Shown here piece after piece: positions 1-9,393 of a DNA stretch of 64,000 bases. A program made the translations under genes and the position numbers. The stretch is taken from positions 7,078 through 71,077 of IMG/VR virus record IMGVR_UViG_3300033066_002303; one strand, given 5' to 3'. The notes beneath the pieces were generated by a model. The model was not told the origin of the DNA, did not search any database, and worked only from the letters and a program-made list of their open reading frames with translations. The DNA is from a virus. Lineage: Duplodnaviria; Caudoviricetes. Positions within the stretch are counted from its first letter, which is position 1; each line of letters starts with the position of its first letter.

Positions 1-297
1 GTGTTCGCTGATGCGGACGCATTTGGCCACCTGTCTTCCACTCATAACCGTGAGCACGCGCGGGCAGTCAGTGCGGTACAGCGTTTGAAACGCGAAATGA
101 TCGCGCAGTGTATAGGGCTTACCGTTGAGCTGCAGCACGAACGGTAAGAACAATTCGTACGATGGCAACTGGCGAGTATCGACCAGTTTTTTAAGAGCCG
201 CCAGCTGTTCGTTGAGATTGAGTCGGAAAAACTGAGGTGTCAGCCCAGCCGTCAGATCAGTTTTAATCTCGTTAGCCGGTGAGAACGTCAAACTCAT
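1..297 (-). CDS. terL: Terminase large subunit, N-terminal part (runs off the window's left edge); probable intein begins at Cys after RQVAK
   Basis: Not in the ORF track. Manual translation from ATG at 297: MSLTFSPANE...LQLNGKPYTLRDHFAFQTLYRTDCPRVLTVMSGRQVAK|CVRISEH. GKPY..DHF..Q.LY and GRQVAK resemble the adenine-binding and Walker A region of large-phage TerL. Confidence 0.75.
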   Translation of the reverse strand, partial: MSLTFSPANEIKTDLTAGLTPQFFRLNLNEQLAALKKLVDTRQLPSYELFLPFVLQLNGKPYTLRDHFAFQTLYRTDCPRVLTVMSGRQVAKCVRISEH

Positions 298-340
298 GGG
301 TTAACCTCACAACGAACCATTACAGCGCCGTCGCGACAGC

Positions 341-610
341 GTGACGCGCAAGGAGTCTTCAATGCCCGTTACAGTCAACGGTCTGCAGATTTCGCAGAGT
401 CCGCAGCTTTACCTTGAGCGCTGCGGTATCCGTGAACCGATGCGTGCGTTCGGCCCCCGGCTGGACTTCACGCAGCATCCGCTGGAGCGCAATGCGCTGG
501 TGCCGCCGTTCCCGCTACCGCCGGAACGTGGGCATACAGTGACGCCGCCACCAGCCGGGCAGTTGACACGGCCGTGGCCGTACGGGCGGATTATCGACGA
601 TATTCGCTAA
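341..610 (+). CDS. Hypothetical protein, Pro-rich (start may be ATG 362)
   Basis: First + strand ORF, divergent from terL; no motif recognised. Confidence 0.5.
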   Translation: MTRKESSMPVTVNGLQISQSPQLYLERCGIREPMRAFGPRLDFTQHPLERNALVPPFPLPPERGHTVTPPPAGQLTRPWPYGRIIDDIR

Positions 611-624
611 CTGGAAAATGCCAG

Positions 625-798
625 ATGCTGCCAATCGATCGAGGCACAGCGCAGAACATGTGCGGCATAGTTGTCGCACTGCTCGTTCTGACGCTGTTTG
701 TGCAACCACTCAATACCATGGACGGCCATCAGTGGATATTCGCCGGCATCATGTTGGTGCTGGGGCTACGGACAATCAAAACACATACACAGCTCTGA
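625..798 (+). CDS. Small two-TM membrane protein
   Basis: MLPIDRGTAQNMCGIVVALLVLTLFVQP...WIFAGIMLVLGLR has two hydrophobic segments; fills the gap between neighbours. Confidence 0.5.
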   Translation: MLPIDRGTAQNMCGIVVALLVLTLFVQPLNTMDGHQWIFAGIMLVLGLRTIKTHTQL

Positions 799-814
799 TA
801 CAGGAGGATTCTGT

Positions 815-1153
815 ATGGATGCACTGGCTAACGTCGTGCTGGTCTCGCTGGCTGCCGCGGCGGCCGTGCACTGCTGGTTCAAAGGCAGCATTTTTGCTGG
901 CGCACGAGACTGGGTGGAGTTCAACCACCACGAATGGTTGATATCAACCGATCAGCCACAGCCCATTGGCCGGCGCGTGGCGCTGTTTCTGGCCGAGCTG
1001 CTGCTCTGCCCGTACTGCCTGACGTTCTGGGTGACAGCCGGCCTGACGCTGACACAGCAGCCTACGCTGCTGGATTTCCTTTGCCGCTGGTGGGCAGCTG
1101 CCGCCCTGGCCACGGCGTACAACGCAGACCTGGCCAGCGGAAACGTGCCATGA
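815..1153 (+). CDS. DUF1360-like membrane protein
   Basis: SD AGGAGG upstream of ATG 815; LLLCPYCLTFWV motif typical of DUF1360; hydrophobic helices. Confidence 0.65.
   Translation: MDALANVVLVSLAAAAAVHCWFKGSIFAGARDWVEFNHHEWLISTDQPQPIGRRVALFLAELLLCPYCLTFWVTAGLTLTQQPTLLDFLCRWWAAAALATAYNADLASGNVP
936..949. repeat. Dispersed palindrome GGTTGATATCAACC, copy 1 (intragenic)
   Basis: Exact match; read as TGG TTG ATA TCA ACC (WLIST). Confidence 0.95.
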
Positions 1154-1467
1154 ACATACCCACCTATTACACCGCCTTTGGCCAACTGGCCGAACAGTTC
1201 GCCGCTACCGCGGTCGACAGCATCGCCGAGCTGGAATCCGTGCTGATCATTCCAACCTGGCAGACGGATCAGCCAGACCTGCCACCGGTCTTTATTCGTG
1301 GCCGCGTGCCCGGCACAGCGCTGAGCACATCAGCCGAAGTGGGCCATACCGCGATCCAGCTGGTGCGCACCTTCCAGATCGTTGTAAACCGCATGGCGGA
1401 TACCGTGATTCAGCTGGACGTCCGCATGGGTGAACTGGCGGCCGCCCTGAAAGCAAGCAATGGCTAA
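1150..1467 (+). CDS. Hypothetical protein
   Basis: ATGA overlap with upstream gene; overlaps downstream ATG. Confidence 0.6.
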   Translation: MNIPTYYTAFGQLAEQFAATAVDSIAELESVLIIPTWQTDQPDLPPVFIRGRVPGTALSTSAEVGHTAIQLVRTFQIVVNRMADTVIQLDVRMGELAAALKASNG

Positions 1468-2104
1468 AACGAAGCAACCCACGGCCAGCCACCCGCAAGC
1501 GCTCTCTGTCGGGGAGCGCGAGACACTGCAACAACTTTGCCAACGCCTCAATCTGCACACCTGGGATGTCCTGATTATTGGAGATGGCTCCGGGACAACC
1601 TGGGACCGGGCCAGTGGCTGGGCCTGCGTGCTGATTGATCGTTACCTGAGTGCCCGCCGCGATTTCTGCGGCGGTGTCAGTTTAGGCAGCATCAACTTTG
1701 CTGAACTGATGCCGTACTTCCAGGCCCTGTTGTGGTATGACCACTTCTACCAGGCAGCCTGGAAAGCGCGGCAATCCTTTCTGCGCGTGACCATCCTGAC
1801 TGACCATAAAGCACTGGTCGACCAGGCCACGCAAGCGGCGGACGACAAACGGCCGTTACCGGCAGCCCAGGAGCCTTTATGGGCGGCCTTCCGGCAACTG
1901 CTCCGGATGGGTTACCTGATTACGTTTGTGTGGCAGCCCCGGGACACGTCGGATATCAACCGGGCTTGTGACATCCTGTCCAAGGATTGTCGTAAGACGG
2001 TGGAAGCTGTCCGGGACAACCTGGACAAACAACGCTGGGTAGACCCGGCCAGTAAAGCGGACACGAATATCTATGACATCAACCCGCTGGTTAAACCTGG
2101 GTAA
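1460..2104 (+). CDS. Ribonuclease HI-like protein
   Basis: RNase H acidic tetrad in context: IIGDGSG, NFAEL, ILTD, NRACD. Confidence 0.8.
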   Translation: MAKTKQPTASHPQALSVGERETLQQLCQRLNLHTWDVLIIGDGSGTTWDRASGWACVLIDRYLSARRDFCGGVSLGSINFAELMPYFQALLWYDHFYQAAWKARQSFLRVTILTDHKALVDQATQAADDKRPLPAAQEPLWAAFRQLLRMGYLITFVWQPRDTSDINRACDILSKDCRKTVEAVRDNLDKQRWVDPASKADTNIYDINPLVKPG

Positions 2105-2609
2105 GCTGGATAATTTCAGCGCAACAACCAGATAACCGGGCGTGTGGTTTTGCTGGCGTTTGCAAAAATGGCCTTCAAAACGCTTCCGGCGGTTGGTTTG
2201 AAGGATTCTATGTCCGGGGCCTCCGGACGACGTAGGAGGCCTAAAATAAACGATTCCTGACCCGGAGCCGTCTGGTAATCATCCCGGACAGCTACCGGGT
2301 CAGTGTATTTCGAAACCAATCAGTTCGCTTCCGGGCGGGTATGGAAACCGCCCGGAACAGGAGTGGATTTTGAGTTTGTTGTTTGGGTACTTACGTCTTG
2401 TCTTCAACAGCCAGGATGGCCGCGGCAGCCGGCCGCGGCCCTCAGGCTGCCGTCTAATAGCAATGCCGTATAGGCATTGCGTTTAGTATGCCACATCTCG
2501 GAGATGTTTTTCAGCCAAAATTTGCGTTTCTCCCCTGTTTTAGGGCACTGAACATTTGCTGTGTACTGCCACATCTCGGAGTTGTCCTTACACTTTTTCC
2601 CCGTGTTTT

Positions 2610-2638
2610 TTGACGTGTACAAATATGACCCATACAAC
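2610..2638 (+). promoter_or_regulatory. sigma70-like promoter candidate TTGACG-N17-TACAAC
   Basis: -35 at 2610-2615, 17-nt spacer, -10 at 2633-2638; upstream of the replication operon. Confidence 0.5.
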
Positions 2639-2732
2639 GCCGGTCATTTTAGACGACTTGTCTAATTTGACGTAAGTGTCTGAAACGTGTGCTGCGTTTC
2701 AGGCCTGCTGCAGCCGGTGATTTGGGGTGGCT

Positions 2733-2746
2733 GGTTGATATCAACC
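2733..2746. repeat. Dispersed palindrome, copy 2 (intergenic, upstream of replication operon)
   Basis: Exact GGTTGATATCAACC. Confidence 0.95.
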
Positions 2747-2796
2747 GCCAGTCGGAGCGCCCGGATTGTCGGCTGTTAATTTGGGGGAGGTGTATA

Positions 2797-3608
2797 TGAG
2801 TTCTGGCGACGTGCCGCCAAGTGAAGAATGGATACCGAGTCCTTACTTGCGGGCAGCCAATCTGACCTATCTTCTGCCGTTTATCGGCAGCAGCGGCCGG
2901 GGGCGGATTGAAAGCAGCCAGGTTTGCGTCGAGATGCCCGGGTTTATTACGGCCTGGGCGTCGCGTTTACGTGAGCTGACTGCGGCAGGGCTGCCAGTGG
3001 GCCGGGCTGTAGCCACATGCTGGCCACGTTATTTAAGCGGCGACCGCCGAACCATGTGGCACTGCGGGCAGGTGGTTTGCCCATATTGCCACGGGCGTGT
3101 GGTTGCGCGCATGCTGCAGCAGCTGTGCTGCAAGAAGCACTACGGCTTGTACTGTACGGTGACATCCTCAGCGCGCCTGACCCGGTATGCGGATATCGAT
3201 CAACCGAATCCGGCGGAGCTGAAGCGGTTGCTGGTGGCGCTGCGGCGAGTAGCGCAGCAGACGTCCTCTACGCGGGCGGAGTACATGCAGGCAGAAGCCC
3301 GTGTGCTGTCGCTGCAGGTCGAGCTGGATCTGAATGGCCGCGGCGTCTGGTTGCGTTCCAGCGAGTTGTATGTTACCGGTACAGCGCCGGCGCTGGCGTT
3401 ACTGCCAGTCCACAGTGGCACGCTGCGGGCTTCGACGCAGATTACGCGCGCAACGCGTGTCCGCCTGGCGTATCTTGTCGCCCGGGCGTTTCCCTACCCT
3501 GTCACACAGCTGACGGCGCCTGTACCTCGTGTGCTTGCAGTACTGCAAGCACTCCGGAATCAAAAACGGTTTATCGCAGACGGCTTTCTGAAAGGTGTTT
3601 CGAAGTGA
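2797..3608 (+). CDS. Hypothetical protein with C-x4-C-x2-C zinc-finger-like motif
   Basis: SD GGAGG before ATG 2797; HCGQVVCPYCHGR. Confidence 0.6.
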
Positions 3609-4810
3609 CGGTAAAAGAACAATTGGAGCAGTTCGCAGCGGTTGCCGCTGGCGGCGAGCGTTATACCGGCGACGCAAAGAAGATCGATCTTCTGCTGACT
3701 TATTTCTGGCTGCGCGAACTGATGCCGACCAAGCTTGGGTTTGCCGAGTTCCTGGCGCAGTACGCCCGCGTGGCGGATTACGACGACACGAACCTCAAGC
3801 ATCCGGCCGATGCCGCCGCCCGCTGGTGCCCCCGGCAAGCAGACAAAGCCAAGCAGTACAACCTGCCGCAATGGACGGCGCGGCAACTGCTGCAGTTTCT
3901 GAGCGGCTGGGTGGATGCGTTGGAAGAGTGCCGCTTGGCAGGGCAGTCGGAGCCGCCAATTACGTTCGCGCAGTTCCTGGAGCGGGTCGGGCCGCAGTTC
4001 CTGTCTGGAGCGCTGACTCCGGCGCCGGTGCAGCCTGCTGAGAAGGAAAAGCGGACGCGCAAGAAGAAGGACGAGGCGGCACCGACACCGGCGCTACCCG
4101 GACAACAGCAACTGCCGTTTACACAGCCTGCGGCGGATGTGACGACGGCCGCGCCGCCCAGCCTGGCGCCGCTGACGACGGGCATTGGCGCGTCTGCGCC
4201 GGTGACGTCTGGCCAAGCGGCGTTTACCGATGAAGAGCTGGCGGCGGTGTCACAACCGACAATACCGCCAAGCGCGCTGCGGCCCACGCAAGCGGGGCAG
4301 CGGGTGCGTGTCACGGTGCCGCGGCCGCTGGGCGCGTCCAGCAATTCGCTGGGCGTTGTGCGCGACATTATCACGGACAACGGCAACATGCAGTACGTGG
4401 ATGTGCAACTGGATGACGGCACGCTGCTGCAGAACGTGGGGATCACCTCTGTTCAGCTGCTGCCGGGCGCAGTACTGCCGCAGACGCCTACGCCGACCTA
4501 CGTAATGTCGGTGGCTGTACCGCCGGACCAAAAACAGGCGTGGACGAACCTGCTGACGCTGACCACCCCGGTACAGAATACGGGGATCATCGCACCGGAT
4601 AACCTGCTGTTCGATCCGATCCCGTTGAAGATTGCCAATACGAACAAGCAGTTCGAGCTGATTATGAGCAACACCGATATGGGCCCCACGCTCGAGGTGG
4701 CGCTGGTGGAATCAGAGAATGAGCTCGTAACGACACCGCCCCGCAAAACGTTGCTGGGGGATTACAACCTGGAATACCAGGGCGAAACCTACCGATTGAC
4801 ATTGCGATGA
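3605..4810 (+). CDS. Hypothetical protein with Pro/Ala linker (true start GTG 3605, not 3017)
   Basis: GTGA overlap with upstream stop; protein-like composition only from VTVKEQLEQF onward. Confidence 0.7.
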   Translation: MTVKEQLEQFAAVAAGGERYTGDAKKIDLLLTYFWLRELMPTKLGFAEFLAQYARVADYDDTNLKHPADAAARWCPRQADKAKQYNLPQWTARQLLQFLSGWVDALEECRLAGQSEPPITFAQFLERVGPQFLSGALTPAPVQPAEKEKRTRKKKDEAAPTPALPGQQQLPFTQPAADVTTAAPPSLAPLTTGIGASAPVTSGQAAFTDEELAAVSQPTIPPSALRPTQAGQRVRVTVPRPLGASSNSLGVVRDIITDNGNMQYVDVQLDDGTLLQNVGITSVQLLPGAVLPQTPTPTYVMSVAVPPDQKQAWTNLLTLTTPVQNTGIIAPDNLLFDPIPLKIANTNKQFELIMSNTDMGPTLEVALVESENELVTTPPRKTLLGDYNLEYQGETYRLTLR

Positions 4811-6249
4811 GCAAACCGCTGATTGCCGTGCTGGGTGATCCCTGCCTGGACCATTATGTGTTCGGGCAGGAGCAGCGCCTGAATCCCGAAGGCGGCGGAC
4901 CACTGCTGGATGTACAGGCGACGGATACGCGACCTGGTGGTGCGTTAAACCTGGCGGCGAACATCGCAGCACTTTGTCCGCTTGCCAACGTGGTGTTTAT
5001 TGGCGGATTGTCTGCTGCACCACCCTGCGTTTGCCCTGGCGTTGATTTTGGTGCGTACGCGCTGCCACAGCCGCAGCTGTATTTGGCCAAAACACGGTTT
5101 TACTCTGGCGGGAATGCAGCCGTGCTGCGTGTAGACGATCGCCCGCGTTACCCGGACGGCGTCGGCAGCCTGGTTTACGAACAACTTGCCCGCTTTCTGT
5201 CACAGCACCAGCCACAACTGGTTGCCGTGGCAGATTACAACAAAGGCTGCGTGAGTGATTCCAGCCAGCGGTTGCTGTCGCAGCTGGCTGCCCTGGGCAC
5301 GCCTGTGCTGGTGGACAGCCGGCCCGCGACTATGGCGGGCTATGAGCACTGTTTATTGAAGCCCAATGCGAAAGAAGCCCGCCAGTACCTGGCCGGGTGC
5401 GTACATCCGGCGGCAGCGTCACACGACGCTGAGGAGCTGGCTATGGTCATGCTGCAGCAGCTGCCCACGGTGCGGGCTGTGGTCTGCACAAACGGCAGTG
5501 CTGCTGCGGGCATAGCCCACCGGTTTCCAGGCGGACCAGCCACACACCGGGCTGCTGTTTTCTGTACTTCGCGTGTGCAGGCCAGTCCTGTTGGCGCTGG
5601 CGACGTCTTTTTGGCGGCGCTGGCTAGTCGCCTGGCGCTGGATCCGGTGCCGTACCAGCAACTACCCGCCGCGGCTGAGTATGCTGCCGCAGCAGCTGCG
5701 GTGTCTGTGGATACGCTGGGTACGGTGATTGTGCCTCTGCACGCGGCCCGGGCAGAGTGGGTCCGCGCCGATCTGCGCCGAAAGGTGCTGGCAGATGCGG
5801 AGCTGATCAGCTGGGCTTATTCCGTGCGGGCCAGTGGCAAGCAGCTGGTGCTGGCCAACGGCTGTTTTGACGTACTGCACGCCGGGCATATGGAATTGTT
5901 GCGGTTTGCGAAAAGCCGGGGCGATGTGCTGCTCGTGGCGGCCAACACGGATGCGTCGGTGACTGCCCTTAAAGGCGCTGACCGTCCGCGGGTGCCGCAG
6001 CAGGTCCGTGCGGAACAGCTGGCAGCGCTGGGCTGTGTCGATGCGGTCACGCTATTTGACGGCAATGTGACCGCACTGGTAGCTGCGACCGGGCCGACAG
6101 TCCTGGTGAAAGGTGGCGATTATGCGAATACGCCACCAGAACAGATTGGCGGTTATGCCCAACTGGCGGCACTGGGCGGGCGGGTGGAATACGGACCATA
6201 CGTGGCCGGGTTTTCTACAACAGCACTGGTAGCGCACCATGGCGGGTAA
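4807..6249 (+). CDS. hldE: Bifunctional heptose-7-phosphate kinase / heptose-1-phosphate adenylyltransferase (HldE/RfaE)
   Basis: PfkB domain (VLGDPCLDHY, PGGALN.AAN, DYNKG, LKPNAKEA, GAGDVF) plus nucleotidyltransferase domain (NGCFDVLHAGH, NTDASV..LKG..RP, LVKGGDY, GFSTT). Confidence 0.95.
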   Translation: MSKPLIAVLGDPCLDHYVFGQEQRLNPEGGGPLLDVQATDTRPGGALNLAANIAALCPLANVVFIGGLSAAPPCVCPGVDFGAYALPQPQLYLAKTRFYSGGNAAVLRVDDRPRYPDGVGSLVYEQLARFLSQHQPQLVAVADYNKGCVSDSSQRLLSQLAALGTPVLVDSRPATMAGYEHCLLKPNAKEARQYLAGCVHPAAASHDAEELAMVMLQQLPTVRAVVCTNGSAAAGIAHRFPGGPATHRAAVFCTSRVQASPVGAGDVFLAALASRLALDPVPYQQLPAAAEYAAAAAAVSVDTLGTVIVPLHAARAEWVRADLRRKVLADAELISWAYSVRASGKQLVLANGCFDVLHAGHMELLRFAKSRGDVLLVAANTDASVTALKGADRPRVPQQVRAEQLAALGCVDAVTLFDGNVTALVAATGPTVLVKGGDYANTPPEQIGGYAQLAALGGRVEYGPYVAGFSTTALVAHHGG

Positions 6250-7027
6250 AGCGGGGCGCCTGGCGTTTGTGACGCTGGCGCAGAATGACGAGCCCTACTT
6301 GTCGCTGTGGGTCCGGCATGCGGTAGATCTGTGTGGCGGTGACTCACAGCACGTCTACGTGCTGGACCACGGCAGTACCGGCGACCACGCTGTAAAGATG
6401 GCGGAGTATGCGCGGCTGGGTGTGCACGTGGTGCCTGTTACGTCGCCCGTCAGTTTCAGCCCGGTGTTTGTAGAATCTACGCTGGCGGCGTACGCGCAGC
6501 AGCTGCAAACTACTCAGCACTATACTGCTGTTATCTATACGGCCGCTGACGAGCTGCTGTTTCTGGTGGAACCAGCGCACCGGGTGCGCAATACAACGTT
6601 TAACGCGCAGTTTGTGCAGCTGGCGCAGCGCCGGGCGATTGCGCCCGCGGCCTATGAGCTGCTGCCTACCGACACGCCGTTCGCGTTTGAGCGCGGGCGG
6701 GTGCTGCGGCAGGGGAATCGTGTGTATCGTTGCCGCAAGTACGCCCGCCGCGGTTTGTGGTTTCCGCCCGAACAGCCCCGCAAGGTGTCCGAGCGGTTGA
6801 TCTTGCTGCACCTGCACAGGGCGGATTTGTTCACAGCGTTGTACCGGCACCAGGAGCGTGCCTTGCGGATCTGGGCGCCAGGTCAGCGGGCAGCGAATAG
6901 CTGGTATGCCCACAACCTGATTACCGAGATTGACCAGCTGCGCCGGTGGGCTGCCTGTAACGCGGATGACACAAGTCAGTTCGCGCAGGCGCACGCCATT
7001 CCTGACGAGTGGGGAGATTGGTTGTGA
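6239..7027 (+). CDS. GT-A (GT2-like) glycosyltransferase
   Basis: NDEPYLSLWVRH, VYVLDHGSTGD, AADELLF (DADE-like); coupled to hldE. Confidence 0.65.
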   Translation: MAGKAGRLAFVTLAQNDEPYLSLWVRHAVDLCGGDSQHVYVLDHGSTGDHAVKMAEYARLGVHVVPVTSPVSFSPVFVESTLAAYAQQLQTTQHYTAVIYTAADELLFLVEPAHRVRNTTFNAQFVQLAQRRAIAPAAYELLPTDTPFAFERGRVLRQGNRVYRCRKYARRGLWFPPEQPRKVSERLILLHLHRADLFTALYRHQERALRIWAPGQRAANSWYAHNLITEIDQLRRWAACNADDTSQFAQAHAIPDEWGDWL

Positions 7028-7788
7028 GTTTGACTACAGCCATTGTGCTGTCTTCGCGGGAGCCGACGGCGCCTGAGTCTCGCTTGCTGCAAGCAGAGAT
7101 CCGGTATGCTTGCGGCGATGTGCAGATCCTGTGGGCGGCAACGGCACAGGATGTTTTTCGGCAACTGGCGGCACAGGTTGACGACGTGCTGGTGCTGACT
7201 GAGCAGTGCTGGCTACGCGGTGCCCGGCTGGGCGCCTGGTGCGCCGATATGTTGGAGCGCGCCCGCGGCGGGGTGATTAGTGCTGACAGCGAGCTGGATA
7301 TTTACGACAAACAGCTGCCGCTGCAGCAAGCCTGCCTGGAGCTGGGCATTGATGTGCCTGGCTGGGTGCCTGGTCAGGTATTGAACAGTCCCCATTTTTG
7401 CGTGCTGGGGGCAACGACAGTGGCTACGCTGGCGGACGCCGGGTGGTTACCGCGGTTAGCCAGCTCAGCTGTTTTTGCGGAGTTGCCGCCGCTGTGCTGG
7501 CTCGGGCTGCTGGCCCAGTTTGCCGGGCAGTACCGGATTGGCGTCGGTACAGCTATTCGGCCGATGTTCCCGTTACTGTTGTTGCCGGACCGGCCCGGTT
7601 ATCTGGCAGTGCCGCCGCAGTTTCTTTCGCCGGACGTGTGGGTGTATGCCCCGTTACGAAATGTCGTGGGGTATAGTGAGCACACGCTGCGCAAGATTGC
7701 GCAGACCTTGCGGGGAGAAGAATCTGTGGAAGGGTGGGTAAAGCAACAAGTCACGATCCATCAACCAGAAGGTGTGTATGGCGGCTGA
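7024..7788 (+). CDS. Hypothetical protein, possibly a degenerate GT-A fold
   Basis: GTGA overlap; weak resemblance only. Confidence 0.5.
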   Translation: MSLTTAIVLSSREPTAPESRLLQAEIRYACGDVQILWAATAQDVFRQLAAQVDDVLVLTEQCWLRGARLGAWCADMLERARGGVISADSELDIYDKQLPLQQACLELGIDVPGWVPGQVLNSPHFCVLGATTVATLADAGWLPRLASSAVFAELPPLCWLGLLAQFAGQYRIGVGTAIRPMFPLLLLPDRPGYLAVPPQFLSPDVWVYAPLRNVVGYSEHTLRKIAQTLRGEESVEGWVKQQVTIHQPEGVYGG

Positions 7789-8221
7789 CAGCCCTACGGG
7801 GCCCTTGTGGGCGTCGGCGCAGCGGGCTTGGCCGCAGCTGCCGCCGGCGCGTTTGATGTTACTGCTCCGCATGTATTTGCTGTGGGGTGCTTGCGGGCAC
7901 AGTTCAGCATCGCGGCTGGACCAGCAACGCTTCAAGCGGATTTCCTGTATTTTGCCGACAGCGGATCGTTCTGCAGCGGCACTGATCTACAGCGCGATTT
8001 ATGCGGATCATGCGCTGATGTCGCTGTATTTCGAGCAGCTGGCTGAGCAGGAAAGTGTGCTGTGCGACTGGGCAGCAGCCAGTCGGCAGGCGAAGTCGCT
8101 ATATGCTGCGCGTATGTCCTTTTTTAGCCAACTTCCTGACGAGGCATCACAGCGCTGTGCGCTGTGTGATCAGCGTTGCGGGGGAGCACTGGCACCGCCA
8201 CAGACTGGAGATTTTGAATGA
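7778..8221 (+). CDS. Hypothetical protein
   Basis: Overlaps both neighbours; C-terminal CALC. Confidence 0.55.
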   Translation: MAADSPTGPLWASAQRAWPQLPPARLMLLLRMYLLWGACGHSSASRLDQQRFKRISCILPTADRSAAALIYSAIYADHALMSLYFEQLAEQESVLCDWAAASRQAKSLYAARMSFFSQLPDEASQRCALCDQRCGGALAPPQTGDFE

Positions 8222-9393
8222 CCCGTACGGTGCTTGCCGTATTTTCTGCTGATACGCATTTGCAGCCTGCCGCCTGGACGAGTGAGCCCGAACTGTGCGG
8301 CGATGCGTTGTACAGTTTTGAACAGCTGTGTGCCCAGGCGGCGCACTACGGCGTGCCGCTGATTTTGGGTGGCGATATTTTTGATCGTAACCGGCCCGAT
8401 CCGCAGACGGTGGCGGCCTTCGTGCGCACGCTGCAGCAGTACAACATACGGCTGCTGTATGTGCAGGGTGACCACGACTACGACCAGACCGCGGCCTGGC
8501 CGAGTCTGTATAACAACGCGATTGCACTGCAGATACAGGCGGTTAATCTGAATCCGCGTGTGTGCGTTGCCGGCGTTGATTTTCACACGGCCGATAAGCT
8601 GCCGGCGGCATTGGCCGGGGTTCCGCCTCAAGCCACGTTGCTGGTAACCCACCAGGCTTGGGGGGAATTGCGGCCTGTCGGCGCCACTGCTGGCCGGTGC
8701 AGTGACTTGGTCCCCGGACATATCCGGTACGTATTGTCTGGCGATACGCACCTGTATCGCCAGTTGCAGACAACGAATGCAGCCGGCGGGCCGGTAACAC
8801 TGGTCTCTCCGGGCTCGACTTGTATGCAGGATATCGGAGAACCGCGGGACAAAGTGGCTGTGCTGGTCTGCGAGGACAGTACGAATACGGCAGCGCCACT
8901 CGAGTTTGTGCCTGTACCGCTGGTTACGCGGCGCATGCAGCACGTGCATTTGCTGGAAGAAGCAGACTTGGACGAGTTCTGCCGGCAGGACTGGGCAAGA
9001 CTGGCAGCCCAGCAGGCGGCAGCCGTGGCTGCGGCTGGCGCGCCTGTTGGCGTGCAGAAGCCGATTTTGCGCGTCAGTTATATGAGCACGCTGACACGCC
9101 CGATGCCGCGGATCCAGGCGGCAGTCGGGAACAGCTTTTTCCTGTTTCTGTCGGCGCTGGCACCCGAGCAGGAAACGGGAATTACTGTCACTGCCGAAAT
9201 GTTGGCAGGGCATGCGACCGCCCGTGACGAGCTGGCTGCCGTGGCAAATGCCGTGTCTGCGCCCGGCTCGCTACAGCACGGGCATATTCTGAAGCTGTTA
9301 GCAGCCACGGACAAGAAGGATGTCGACAGGTTAGTGACCGAGGTTGTGGAAGAGTTCACTGCGCAATTTACTGAGGCAACATGCAGCTCCTAG
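8218..9393 (+). CDS. sbcD: SbcD/Mre11-like metallophosphoesterase nuclease
   Basis: ADTHL, GGDIFD, GDHD, SGDTH, SPGS motifs; adjacent to an SMC-like ATPase. Confidence 0.9.
   Translation: MTRTVLAVFSADTHLQPAAWTSEPELCGDALYSFEQLCAQAAHYGVPLILGGDIFDRNRPDPQTVAAFVRTLQQYNIRLLYVQGDHDYDQTAAWPSLYNNAIALQIQAVNLNPRVCVAGVDFHTADKLPAALAGVPPQATLLVTHQAWGELRPVGATAGRCSDLVPGHIRYVLSGDTHLYRQLQTTNAAGGPVTLVSPGSTCMQDIGEPRDKVAVLVCEDSTNTAAPLEFVPVPLVTRRMQHVHLLEEADLDEFCRQDWARLAAQQAAAVAAAGAPVGVQKPILRVSYMSTLTRPMPRIQAAVGNSFFLFLSALAPEQETGITVTAEMLAGHATARDELAAVANAVSAPGSLQHGHILKLLAATDKKDVDRLVTEVVEEFTAQFTEATCSS

Larger units (their letters stand above)
2105..2765. promoter_or_regulatory. Comparatively AT-rich intergenic region with clustered hairpins, a 15-bp direct repeat, a promoter-like motif and palindrome copy 2; candidate origin or control region
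   Basis: Inverted repeats at 2218-2241, 2329-2357, 2418-2440, 2460-2480, 2493-2507, 2680-2702; TGCCACATCTCGGAG at 2489-2503 and 2567-2581. Confidence 0.55.

Noticed and set aside
1948-1961. Partial copy GTCGGATATCAACC in the RNase H gene
   Set aside because: Only 11/14, one half-site; compatible with chance.
2404-2637. Minus-strand 77-aa ORF with repeated SEMW
   Set aside because: The repeat is explained by the DNA direct repeat; no clear SD; not annotated, but not excluded.
3017-3604. 597-aa version of the 3605-4810 ORF
   Set aside because: The extension overlaps the upstream gene and is not protein-like; GTG 3605 with GTGA coupling is more plausible.
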